A stretch of DNA of 64,000 nt from Methanomassiliicoccales archaeon (GTDB lineage: Archaea; Thermoplasmatota; Thermoplasmata; Methanomassiliicoccales; JAAEEP01). The DNA lies in assembly GCA_013415695.1 (NCBI GenBank), contig JAAEEP010000004.1:66324-130323 (forward strand). Direction: 5' to 3'. Of the stretch, positions 42,661 through 50,654 are shown one piece after another. A model generated the notes under the pieces. That model was not told where the DNA came from. It made no database searches and saw nothing but the letters and a program-made list of their open reading frames with translations. Numbering within the stretch: position 1 is the stretch's first letter; every line of letters starts with the position of its first letter. A program made the position numbers and the translations under genes.

Positions 42661-44490
42661 TTAAGGCATGTACCAGTCGTAGTATGTTTGGTCACCATCG
42701 ACGTAGAAATCATAGAAGTCAGGGTATGGGCCAGTGATTGTGTGGTCCTCAGCCGGTGGAGTCCAATCGGTGAATGGAACAACCAGGATGAACGGAACCT
42801 CCGTACCAATAGGGATGATCAACCCCGTGTTCTTCTGACTTGAGGTTGAGGTGATTGTCTGGATGGTATCAATGTGGTAATCACCTGCTGCATACCCCGG
42901 GAAAAGATCTTCGTAAGGATCGATCCAAGGATCATAGTTCTCCCAGATTGGGTCCAAATCCACTATTTCGTTGGAATAGACTCTCGGTGAGGAGAGAGGG
43001 ACCATGGGATTGAGCCCTGGTTCCAGAACCGTGATGTTGACCCAGACGAACTCCCCAATATTCTTTTGCGGCCAATCATATTTTCCAGTGTCAAAGAGGC
43101 ACACGTTCACATCCCCTGAGCCAGAATATGATCCGGCTGGAGTCTCGAGAGTGATTGCTGTGGCCGTTCTCTCAACACTGACCTCGTAATCGCCGTTCAG
43201 CATCCTTGTTATGTTAATATAGCTGTTGCCACCCGAATCGTAGATGACGGCCTCAAAGGTCATGTCGATCTGGGTGAGCTCACCACCCTTGTAGACTTCC
43301 GTTACGTTAAAATTCATTCCGAAGTCGTTGTAATCGAAGTCTCCGTTATACCAGTCCTCGTAGCCTATGTAGGCGTTGCCTGTCTCTGGGAAGGTGATGA
43401 TCTCCTCATATTCCTGGATATGGTAGCTGAAATACATCGCCCAGTTCTTGCCTTCGAAGTCCTCGCCGTCACCCCATGCAGTCTCGCACGGGAAGCACCT
43501 AACGCTGACCGAATCGAGGAACATTCCTAGCGAGTCGGCATTACCCGTTTCCACGAAAGCAAGTGTGGATATATCCTCTGGTGAGAACAATATCACTGAC
43601 TCATCGTACCAAATAGTATTGCTATCTCCCGGGCCCGACAGGCCGAAAATGGGCTCGTCCTCCCAATACACTTCTATCTGGTTGTCACTGTGACCGGGCC
43701 TGGGCGACCATGAGAAGCCTACCTGGCAGTATTGCCCAGTTGAAAGGTCCTGCGAAATATTGACTGAGGCTGGCTCGTTGGTGAGCCCACTATCCGGTCC
43801 GTCCCAGTCCGTGTCAAGCTCCGCATATTGGTCGCCGGTATTGGGCAGCCATCCGTTCACCCCCCCATGAAGCTCGAGATGGGCAGGATATGGTCTTTCC
43901 CATCCTCCGTACGATGAGGCTCCATCAAACCACTCCACATCCCAACCCAAGCCGGGAGTGCCACTGTCGTAGATGTCCCATTGTTGTGGTGTATCAACAA
44001 CGGGAGATTCAAAATCTCCATTTATCACGAGCTCAGGACCGAGTTTCCAGGACAGGCAGCAGACCACAGCGTGAGCCGCGATAACAACATCTGTTTCACA
44101 CGGAACCCATGCCTCATCTAACGGAATCGTGTAGGTGTATGATTGTGTGAATTCATCGTGAGATTCATTCTTGTACTCGAAATGGCCTGGAATAGGATTG
44201 CCCTTCTTGGTCTGAGGTATTTCTCCTAGGGTTAGGTTAACAGCCAAATGTGTCTCCACTAGGTAGCAGTCGCCATCTGTGTTAAATTGCACATAGAGAA
44301 ATTCCTGGTCATTCCACACACTGACATCCCCGACTATCATCGCAGATTCGGGGTTGCCACCGCCCGCGATAAGATCCACAACCATGGGATCTGACTCAGT
44401 ATGGGCTTGAATACTGGGTGACGCCACGATTATGGTCGCGAGCAACATGCTGAACATTATCAGCACGCAGATTGCTCGTTTGGCAATCAT
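42661..44490 (-). CDS. Secreted or anchored protein with an LruC/DUF4842-like C-terminal half
   Basis: 609 aa with signal-like 'MIAKRAICVLIMFSMLLATIIVASPSIQA'. 'YEDWYNGDFDYNDFGMNF' resembles the EDxWPxxGDYDxND motif of LruC/DUF4842 (or DUF4114) proteins, from memory. Confidence 0.6.
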   Translation of the reverse strand: MIAKRAICVLIMFSMLLATIIVASPSIQAHTESDPMVVDLIAGGGNPESAMIVGDVSVWNDQEFLYVQFNTDGDCYLVETHLAVNLTLGEIPQTKKGNPIPGHFEYKNESHDEFTQSYTYTIPLDEAWVPCETDVVIAAHAVVCCLSWKLGPELVINGDFESPVVDTPQQWDIYDSGTPGLGWDVEWFDGASSYGGWERPYPAHLELHGGVNGWLPNTGDQYAELDTDWDGPDSGLTNEPASVNISQDLSTGQYCQVGFSWSPRPGHSDNQIEVYWEDEPIFGLSGPGDSNTIWYDESVILFSPEDISTLAFVETGNADSLGMFLDSVSVRCFPCETAWGDGEDFEGKNWAMYFSYHIQEYEEIITFPETGNAYIGYEDWYNGDFDYNDFGMNFNVTEVYKGGELTQIDMTFEAVIYDSGGNSYINITRMLNGDYEVSVERTATAITLETPAGSYSGSGDVNVCLFDTGKYDWPQKNIGEFVWVNITVLEPGLNPMVPLSSPRVYSNEIVDLDPIWENYDPWIDPYEDLFPGYAAGDYHIDTIQTITSTSSQKNTGLIIPIGTEVPFILVVPFTDWTPPAEDHTITGPYPDFYDFYVDGDQTYYDWYMP

Positions 44491-44510
44491 TATTTCTTAC
44501 CCCCCTGATC

Positions 44511-44544
44511 GTGATAATATTCTCTAATTAGATACTATTATCAC
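44511..44544. promoter_or_regulatory. Perfect 9-bp inverted repeat upstream of the secreted-protein gene
   Basis: GTGATAATA (44511-44519) and TATTATCAC (44536-44544) are separated by 16 nt. They lie 21-54 nt upstream of the start at 44490. Confidence 0.4.
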
Positions 44545-45101
44545 AATTGTATTGACTTTCTATTTCAGCATTGAAGCTTAAATGTTTGGGTTTAGCAATT
44601 AATAGATATCGATATCGATTTTGATAATCAAGTCTCTGATTCATTCTTACGCGTTTTCGGTTTTCCAATCCTCTTGATGGGGTAACCAATATCATATCCA
44701 GATTCGAGCCACTCTCTGAACGCAGGTGAATCGAATTCCCATCCTTCATTCTTATGGAAAGCGTTTCTCTTGGAAGATAACGGTGATGTAGCATAGGCCG
44801 TGTTCGGACTTCAGAGACCAATCTCTTTAGCAGAAGGGGTGCTACATCCCATCTCAGCGCCCCCATTGCCTCTAACCCTCCCCCCAATTCAAAAGATTAC
44901 CCCCTCCATCCTCATCAGTATCAAATGAGAAATTAGTAGAGAGGTCTTGTGCAATTTTGGTTTAGCTTAAATTAAAAAATGATCCTAGATGGGTATCGAT
45001 ACATGGTTCGACCATAATCCGATAATCTCACCTTCAACACCTATTGAAAGGGTTGTCGGGCCCTCTTCAAGAGGTGCCCGATTGTATAAAAAAATGAGGC
45101 G

Positions 45102-45281
45102 TCAGTTACTGTACGCCTCTATCGGAGTAGTGAGCGGGGTGGGGCCTCTCCCCATCTCACCTAGGGATGATGTTTCATCTTGATGGATCGTGATCCCTTC
45201 GCCGTGATCCTGAGTGAAGGATACACCATAAAGGGAATAGAGTTCCTCCCAGCTGAAGTGCTCGTTATCATCCGATGCCAT
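45102..45281 (-). CDS. Hypothetical small acidic protein in a self-contained transcription unit
   Basis: 59-aa ORF (MASDDNEHFSWEELYSLYG...). TATA 'atataaatat' (45302-45311, minus strand) sits ~25 nt upstream of the ATG, implying a leaderless mRNA. A T7 run (45088-45094) and a hairpin (45057-45080) follow the TGA. Confidence 0.45.
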   Translation of the reverse strand: MASDDNEHFSWEELYSLYGVSFTQDHGEGITIHQDETSSLGEMGRGPTPLTTPIEAYSN

Positions 45282-45345
45282 CAATTCTACTATTGATTAG
45301 GATATTTATATGGGAAATGGGGGGAGGTCACCGAAAATGCCTGCC

Positions 45346-47082
45346 TTACGCTGTATGTCTCACCCGGACCGCCTCTCCTCTAGAGAGGTCCATCATCTCC
45401 CTTCCGCTCATGGAGGCAACACCAACGCCAACAGTCTCGCCCTCCCGAACGATTATTGCCTCGTCCCCTATCCGAATTAAGGGATCTGCGCTCTCCACAC
45501 CGACGGCAAAGAGGTTTCCTTTCAGATCGAAACTGCCTATTTGGACGACATTCAGATTCTTCTCCCGAAGTTTCTCCGCACCCTCAATGGTAAGCGAAAT
45601 CATTCCCCTCTCAGGGGAAAGCATTCCCAGTTGACTCCTTCCCTTCACCACTCTTGGTCTTGGGTACCTTCCTGTCACCTCGGCCCCATCAATAAGATGT
45701 TCACCACCAGTTCCAAATTGGAACCTAGCCAACGAGGCCATATCTTGCTCCCTGTCAACTGCCTTTGGCACGGTGGGCAGATCATCACAAACCTTTTCAA
45801 GCAGATTCCTCAGATTATCGAGACTCTCGCGGGAGGTGGGATCCCCAACAGCAGTCACTTCGCAGTCAATGGCCTCAGCTACGAACACTTCATCCATGTG
45901 GCAGATGGTCTGATCGTAACCGAAGCTGTTCAGATGGTTGAGCATCTCTGAGATCATCGAACGCTCGAAACAATCCCAATCTCCTGTTACGGGAATGTCG
46001 TACTGGGATGCAGGGTATAGAAGCTCAATCTCCCTTGGGACCACGCCGAGGGGTGATGTCACGATGACCTCGTGAATCAAGTGGGACTTACCTATAGTGT
46101 CGATCACCTTTCTGAATAACTTATGAGTCTTGGATGTGGAATAGGGTTTGCGTGCGGAGCATGGCAGGAGAAGCAGGATCCTCTTGTGTTCAGGAGGACG
46201 ATACCTGTCAAGGATCCTCCTACGCCATCTCTGGACATCGGGCCTGTGCAGGGATTGCTTGGTGTTGCAGTGCATTGTCCCCCCCACGACAGGCGACATT
46301 TCCTCTTGGTATTCGTAGCCCTCTTGGTCTAGGAGCCTCAGCACTGCCACCGCCCAGGGATCAGATGTCACTCGGGTCTCTACCAGGTCGCGAATCTTAC
46401 TCCTCTCTATCGCCCATCGGACCATCTGGAGCTCTTTCCACGCCGCTTCCAGATTGAATTCTAGTATAAGCTCTGGGGATGGATCAGTAAGGAGCCACCT
46501 AGCCTCACTGGCATCCACTGTGAGATTTGGCAGAATCAACTTTCCTCTAGATGACTGGTAGATAATAAGCGATGAGTCGAAGAGATCGATGCCCAGGTAG
46601 CAAAGGAGAGCGAGGTTTCCCGGATCCATTATTCCAGGTGCGTAGATCAGTGTTGAGTGTCCGACTATCTCTCTCAGATTCACTATCGTTCTGACAAGGC
46701 TGCGAGCGTCCCGTCGCAACTCAAAGGCATCCTCAATAGAAACGATATTATGCTTCGAGCCCGATAGTAATTCTGGAATTAATTCCGGTTTCGACCTCAC
46801 ACCTGTCGTTCCCTTTCCATGGGTCACCATTCCTATGTTCGTCGATCTCAGGTGAGAGAGGGGCACCTTCCAGCTGTTTTTGAACAATGGCCCCTTTCCC
46901 TCAGATTCACTGGTAACCAATCTCCTTCCCTCAACGGATTCAACTAGGAAGCTCCTAGCGAAATCTGGTGCCGGAAAATGCTCAGTGTCAAGAAAGATGA
47001 TATCGGGGGTGCTCAGAGAGACCGGGGCCTCTGTCCAACGTGTCGTCCTGGCCCTGAAAGCCCTGTCCAGCACCTCAAGCAT
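45346..47082 (-). CDS. arcS: Archaeosine synthase ArcS (TgtA2; DUF5591 + PUA)
   Basis: 578 aa. 'LLLLPCSARKPYSTSKTHK' is the DUF5591 CxxKPY motif. The C-terminal PUA-like region is 'GNLFAVGVESADPLIRIGDEAIIV'. Confidence 0.75.
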   Translation of the reverse strand: MLEVLDRAFRARTTRWTEAPVSLSTPDIIFLDTEHFPAPDFARSFLVESVEGRRLVTSESEGKGPLFKNSWKVPLSHLRSTNIGMVTHGKGTTGVRSKPELIPELLSGSKHNIVSIEDAFELRRDARSLVRTIVNLREIVGHSTLIYAPGIMDPGNLALLCYLGIDLFDSSLIIYQSSRGKLILPNLTVDASEARWLLTDPSPELILEFNLEAAWKELQMVRWAIERSKIRDLVETRVTSDPWAVAVLRLLDQEGYEYQEEMSPVVGGTMHCNTKQSLHRPDVQRWRRRILDRYRPPEHKRILLLLPCSARKPYSTSKTHKLFRKVIDTIGKSHLIHEVIVTSPLGVVPREIELLYPASQYDIPVTGDWDCFERSMISEMLNHLNSFGYDQTICHMDEVFVAEAIDCEVTAVGDPTSRESLDNLRNLLEKVCDDLPTVPKAVDREQDMASLARFQFGTGGEHLIDGAEVTGRYPRPRVVKGRSQLGMLSPERGMISLTIEGAEKLREKNLNVVQIGSFDLKGNLFAVGVESADPLIRIGDEAIIVREGETVGVGVASMSGREMMDLSRGEAVRVRHTA

Positions 47083-47119
47083 ACCCTGCTATCTACATCC
47101 CTATAGAAATCATTGGCGG

Positions 47120-47479
47120 TCAGAAGGTGGTCACCAGATCGTGCTCCTTGATTATCTCCCTTGCACGGTCCCAATTGACCATCTGGACATTTCCCACGAC
47201 CTCGATCTCACCCAGCCGTTCTCTGAGGTCCTCCTCCACGCAGTAGATTTCACCCTCGAAGTCATCCAGGTCGGTAATGGCCTCAACGTTTGAGGGCATC
47301 CCAATGGCGTCGGGATCCTGTGAAACGACCGCGTTGAGGGTCCCATCACCAATGAGGATCACAGTGGATCTTTCCACCACGCCGCTTACCATCATGGCCA
47401 ATGAGAGTCTCAGACCGGCAAAGGCTTCCTCAATGCCATAGGGCGGTTTGCTTATCAGTACCACTATACTTTCAGCCAA
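47120..47479 (-). CDS. DsrF/TusC-like sulfur-relay subunit
   Basis: 119 aa. 'IYCVEEDLRERLG' parallels E. coli TusC 'WVCAASLRERGL'. The C-terminal 'DLVTTF' matches the TusC ending. Confidence 0.65.
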   Translation of the reverse strand: MAESIVVLISKPPYGIEEAFAGLRLSLAMMVSGVVERSTVILIGDGTLNAVVSQDPDAIGMPSNVEAITDLDDFEGEIYCVEEDLRERLGEIEVVGNVQMVNWDRAREIIKEHDLVTTF

Positions 47480-47483
47480 TCAA

Positions 47484-47840
47484 TCACCTCGCCAGGGTAA
47501 TCATCCTATCGCTCTCGGACACCATTACCGAAAGGTTGTTGGTCAGCGAACCGATGGCGGCGCCCGATATCTCTTCTTCACGTTTGATACCCCTAGCGTA
47601 GGCACAGGTTTCGCAGACCGCGATCTCCACTCCCTTTTCAGCCAAGTCGTTCAGCATCTTTCCCACGTTTGGAAAACGCTTGGGCTCCTGTCCCTCCTTG
47701 ATGGACATGATCCCCTCTCCATATCCGAATATCTTGACCTTGTGCCCCTTCTCGACCGCCGCGGCTGCCAACTTCACCATGACGTTGGTGTCCATGTTCA
47801 TCATCGTTCCGGAACGGATTTGTATGGTTAGCGTGCCCAT
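47484..47840 (-). CDS. DsrE/TusD-like sulfur-relay subunit
   Basis: 118 aa. 'EIAVCETCAYARGI' parallels the TusD/DsrE active-site Cys region 'NICVAAALRRGV'. Confidence 0.65.
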   Translation of the reverse strand: MGTLTIQIRSGTMMNMDTNVMVKLAAAAVEKGHKVKIFGYGEGIMSIKEGQEPKRFPNVGKMLNDLAEKGVEIAVCETCAYARGIKREEEISGAAIGSLTNNLSVMVSESDRMITLAR

Positions 47841-47848
47841 ATCATCAC

Positions 47849-48151
47849 CTAAATTGTCACCGTCAGGTCGTACTCTTCCATGATGAGGTCAATTGCCCTC
47901 GGGTAATCGATCTCCTCAAATCCTTGGATCAGTCTCTCTGCTACGCCCCTGGCCCTGAGATCATCGGATATCACGTAAGCCTCGTCCACCCTTGCCAAGA
48001 GATCATCCGCCTTCATGTCGATCACCGAGAAGTAGACCGCGTCCTCGAAAAGGATAACGGCCTTCCGGTCCTCGCCTCCAACCTTCTGTATCAGGTCGAG
48101 GTCACATGATTCGTGAGGTCCTTTGACCAAGACAAAAAGCGTCGATTTCAT
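47849..48151 (-). CDS. DsrH/TusB-like sulfur-relay subunit
   Basis: 100 aa. 'AVILFEDAVY' and 'AYVISDDLRARGV' fit the DsrH/TusB pattern. Confidence 0.65.
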   Translation of the reverse strand: MKSTLFVLVKGPHESCDLDLIQKVGGEDRKAVILFEDAVYFSVIDMKADDLLARVDEAYVISDDLRARGVAERLIQGFEEIDYPRAIDLIMEEYDLTVTI

Positions 48152-48155
48152 ATCC

Positions 48156-48581
48156 TCACCCTATGAATAGCTGGATATCTGAATCGGCCGCGATGTCTAG
48201 GAAGGCTGCGGCGCCGAGTACCTTGATTCCATCAACCATCTGCTCGGTACCAAGCCCCAATAGATTCATTGTGGTGCTGCAGGCATAAAGGTTCGCCCCC
48301 AGTTCTATGGCCATTTCTCTCTGGGCCTTGAAGTCCTCTAAGCCGATCTTCTTCATTCGGTTCTTGAACACGCCTGTGAAAAGGCGGTACATTCCGGACA
48401 GCTTGGGGTTGGCCTCCTTCTTCAGTAGATTGAGACCGAAGAATGTGAAGAAAATATGCACATCCATACCCAATGACACTCCAGTATTGGCCAGCATCAT
48501 GGGCATCATGGCCTTGTCGAATGTTCCTTCAGAGACCACGATCGCCATCCTCTTTGGATTCTCTTCGTTATCAGAGCTCAC
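48156..48581 (-). CDS. DsrE2/DsrE3-like protein (COG2210 'peroxiredoxin family' type)
   Basis: 141 aa. 'VHIFFTFFGLNLLKK' and the conserved-Cys stretch 'LYACSTTMNLLG' are typical of TusA-associated DsrE2/E3 proteins. Confidence 0.6.
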   Translation of the reverse strand: MSSDNEENPKRMAIVVSEGTFDKAMMPMMLANTGVSLGMDVHIFFTFFGLNLLKKEANPKLSGMYRLFTGVFKNRMKKIGLEDFKAQREMAIELGANLYACSTTMNLLGLGTEQMVDGIKVLGAAAFLDIAADSDIQLFIG

Positions 48582-48599
48582 ATTATCACCTTGATAATA

Positions 48600-48959
48600 T
48601 CAATAGCTGAGGACCGCTTTGGCCTCACCGATCTCCTTGATCACCGTAGGAGCATTGATCACAACGGCGCCCTCCACGAGATCCTCCGGTTGGATATTCC
48701 TCTTCTTGATGCAGGGAGCGCATACAAGAATGCGGCCCTTGCTCTCTTGGAAGGCATCCAATAGTTCATCCAGTGGTGGGAAACTAGTAACACTTATGGT
48801 CTCAGCATAGCCCTTCTTAGCCAGCCACACTCCTGGACCCTGTAGAACTACCACTGGGTCCATCTCAGAGGCGGTGGCGGTACAGGCCATGACAAATGTG
48901 AGGATTGCCTTCTCAGGGTTATCCTCCCCATGGGTGCCAATTATCACGAGTTTCTCCAT
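48600..48959 (-). CDS. DsrE-family protein
   Basis: 119 aa. 'KLVIIGTHGEDNPEKA' and the Cys pair 'LVCAPCIKKRNI' fit a DsrE/YchN-like fold. Confidence 0.6.
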   Translation of the reverse strand: MEKLVIIGTHGEDNPEKAILTFVMACTATASEMDPVVVLQGPGVWLAKKGYAETISVTSFPPLDELLDAFQESKGRILVCAPCIKKRNIQPEDLVEGAVVINAPTVIKEIGEAKAVLSY

Positions 48960-48967
48960 AATATCAC

Positions 48968-49192
48968 CTACTTCTTCTTCACGTAATAAATGAATTTACC
49001 GCCCTCTTCCTTCTGGTCGACCAGCTCATTGCCGGTCCGGTTGCACCAGGCGGGTACGTCCTCCTTTGAGCCGACGTCGTCGGCTACCAGCTCCAGGACC
49101 TTCCCAGACTCCATCTCTTTCATCTTCTTTGCCAGCTTGACGATGGGCATGGGACACATAAGTCCGGTGCAGTCAAGAGTGTCATCGATCAT
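48968..49192 (-). CDS. tusA: TusA/SirA-family sulfur carrier
   Basis: 74 aa with the diagnostic 'LDCTGLMCPMPIVKL' (CPxP) motif. The ATG start was chosen two codons inside the TTG start of the ORF track. Confidence 0.85.
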   Translation of the reverse strand: MIDDTLDCTGLMCPMPIVKLAKKMKEMESGKVLELVADDVGSKEDVPAWCNRTGNELVDQKEEGGKFIYYVKKK

Positions 49193-49212
49193 TATCAATC
49201 CCTCTTTGTACT

Positions 49213-49251
49213 ACGGTTATGCACGGTTGTGCAATAATTATATATAACCGC
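49213..49251. promoter_or_regulatory. Tandem ACGGTTNTGC repeats plus an inverted AACCGC flanking a shared TATA region
   Basis: ACGGTTATGC (49213-49222) and ACGGTTGTGC (49223-49232) are adjacent. 'ataattatatataa' is at 49234-49247 and AACCGC at 49246-49251. All lie between divergent tusA and the HTH gene. Confidence 0.45.
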
Positions 49252-49287
49252 TACTTAATAAGGTTTTCTGATGAACTGAGGCGAGGG

Positions 49288-49653
49288 ATGTTAGCTATGC
49301 TCCCAAACAATCTCATGAACATTCCGAAATGCGAGGACCTGGTCCAGTGCGCGTTCAACCTTAACGAGTTCGAGGTTTCGATATACCGCAAGTTGGTGGA
49401 GGTCGGCCCATCGCGGGCAGACGAGATCGCTGAAGCGATAGGGCGGGACAGAAGCACAGTTTACAGATCACTTCAGAAGCTTCTGTCATGCGGAATAGTA
49501 TTCCGAGAGACTCGAAGCATTGAGAGAGGGGGCTACTTCCATGTGTACATTCCCATAAGCAAGCAGATGATGATAGAGAAGCTTGAGAGATGCGTGGATG
49601 AATGGTACCAACGTATGATAAGTATACTGTCCAAATTCGGTGAGGACTTCTAA
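49288..49653 (+). CDS. Winged-helix transcriptional regulator (TrmB/ArsR-like)
   Basis: 121 aa from the ATG at 49288. 'EFEVSIYRKLVEVGPSRADEIAEAIGRDRSTVYRSLQKLLSCGIV' is a typical wHTH. Confidence 0.7.
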   Translation: MLAMLPNNLMNIPKCEDLVQCAFNLNEFEVSIYRKLVEVGPSRADEIAEAIGRDRSTVYRSLQKLLSCGIVFRETRSIERGGYFHVYIPISKQMMIEKLERCVDEWYQRMISILSKFGEDF

Positions 49654-49712
49654 TCTACCGTGAAATCGAAGGGGTCTTATAGACTGGCAAGCTATTACCC
49701 ATTTGAGCGGAC

Positions 49713-50654
49713 ATGAGTTTCAAAGGCGCGGACATCGTTTCTATTAGGGATTTCTCAAAGGATCAGATACTGGAGATCCTGGACCTTGCCGAGAAGATGA
49801 TCCCATATGCCAAAGGTGAGAAGTTCACCAAGGCTCTGGAAGGCCGTCTCCTTGCCAACCTATTCTTTGAGCCTTCAACTCGGACGAGGCTTTCCTTCGA
49901 GAGTGCCATGTTGAGATTGGGGGGAAAGGTGCTAGAAATCGGTCACATATCCACAACCTCTATCGTGAAGGGTGAAACCCTGGCCGATACCGTGAGGATG
50001 TTTGAATACTACGCCGATGTGATAGTGCTGAGGCATCCACACGAGGGGGCTTCTCGTCTTGCTGCCCACTTCTCCTCACGACCAGTGATCAACGCTGGGG
50101 ATGGTGCAGGCCAGCACCCTACACAGACCCTTCTTGATCTTTTCACCATCAGAAGGGAGAAGGGTGATTTTAAAGGGTTGAGGGCCGCAATCATCGGAGA
50201 CCTCAAGTACGGCAGAACTGTCCACTCTCTGGCAGAAGCCCTGGCAATGTTCGGGGTAGAGCTGACTTTTGTGGCTCCAGAGCAGCTGCAGATGCCGAAA
50301 GAGACCATCAATGAAGTGAGGTCCAGAGGAATCGAACCGGAGATCAGCTGTGATCTAGAGAATGTGATCTCAGACATCGATGTTCTATACGTCACCCGTA
50401 TCCAGAAGGAGCGGTTCCCGGATCCGGAGGAATATATCAGAGTCGCAGGCTCCTACCGCGTTGACAAAGCTCTCCTCAGAGAGGCCAAGAAGGATTTGAT
50501 AGTGATGCATCCCCTGCCTAGAGTGGATGAGATAGCACCAGAGGTGGACTATACCCCACACTCAAAGTATTTCCAGCAGGCCTTCAACGGCCTACCAGTT
50601 AGGATGGCTTTGCTGCTTCTCTTGCTAGGAGGTGAGATCGATGAAGGAATTTAG
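49713..50654 (+). CDS. pyrB: Aspartate carbamoyltransferase catalytic subunit
   Basis: 'FFEPSTRTRLSFE', 'RHPHEG', 'GQHPTQTLLD' and 'MHPLPR' motifs. Confidence 0.92.
   Translation: MSFKGADIVSIRDFSKDQILEILDLAEKMIPYAKGEKFTKALEGRLLANLFFEPSTRTRLSFESAMLRLGGKVLEIGHISTTSIVKGETLADTVRMFEYYADVIVLRHPHEGASRLAAHFSSRPVINAGDGAGQHPTQTLLDLFTIRREKGDFKGLRAAIIGDLKYGRTVHSLAEALAMFGVELTFVAPEQLQMPKETINEVRSRGIEPEISCDLENVISDIDVLYVTRIQKERFPDPEEYIRVAGSYRVDKALLREAKKDLIVMHPLPRVDEIAPEVDYTPHSKYFQQAFNGLPVRMALLLLLLGGEIDEGI

Noticed and set aside
42307-44490. Integrated mobile element at tRNA-Gly
   Set aside because: No integrase or recombinase ORF, no direct repeat of the tRNA 3' half and no phage or plasmid genes are visible. 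It is kept only as a weak compositional observation in the findings.
44528-44887. 119-aa minus-strand ORF upstream of the secreted-protein gene
   Set aside because: It starts in a G-rich tract (MGGGLEAMG...), has no promoter or RBS context, and has a basic low-complexity composition. The surrounding region is full of stops in other frames, so it is more likely decayed or non-coding sequence.
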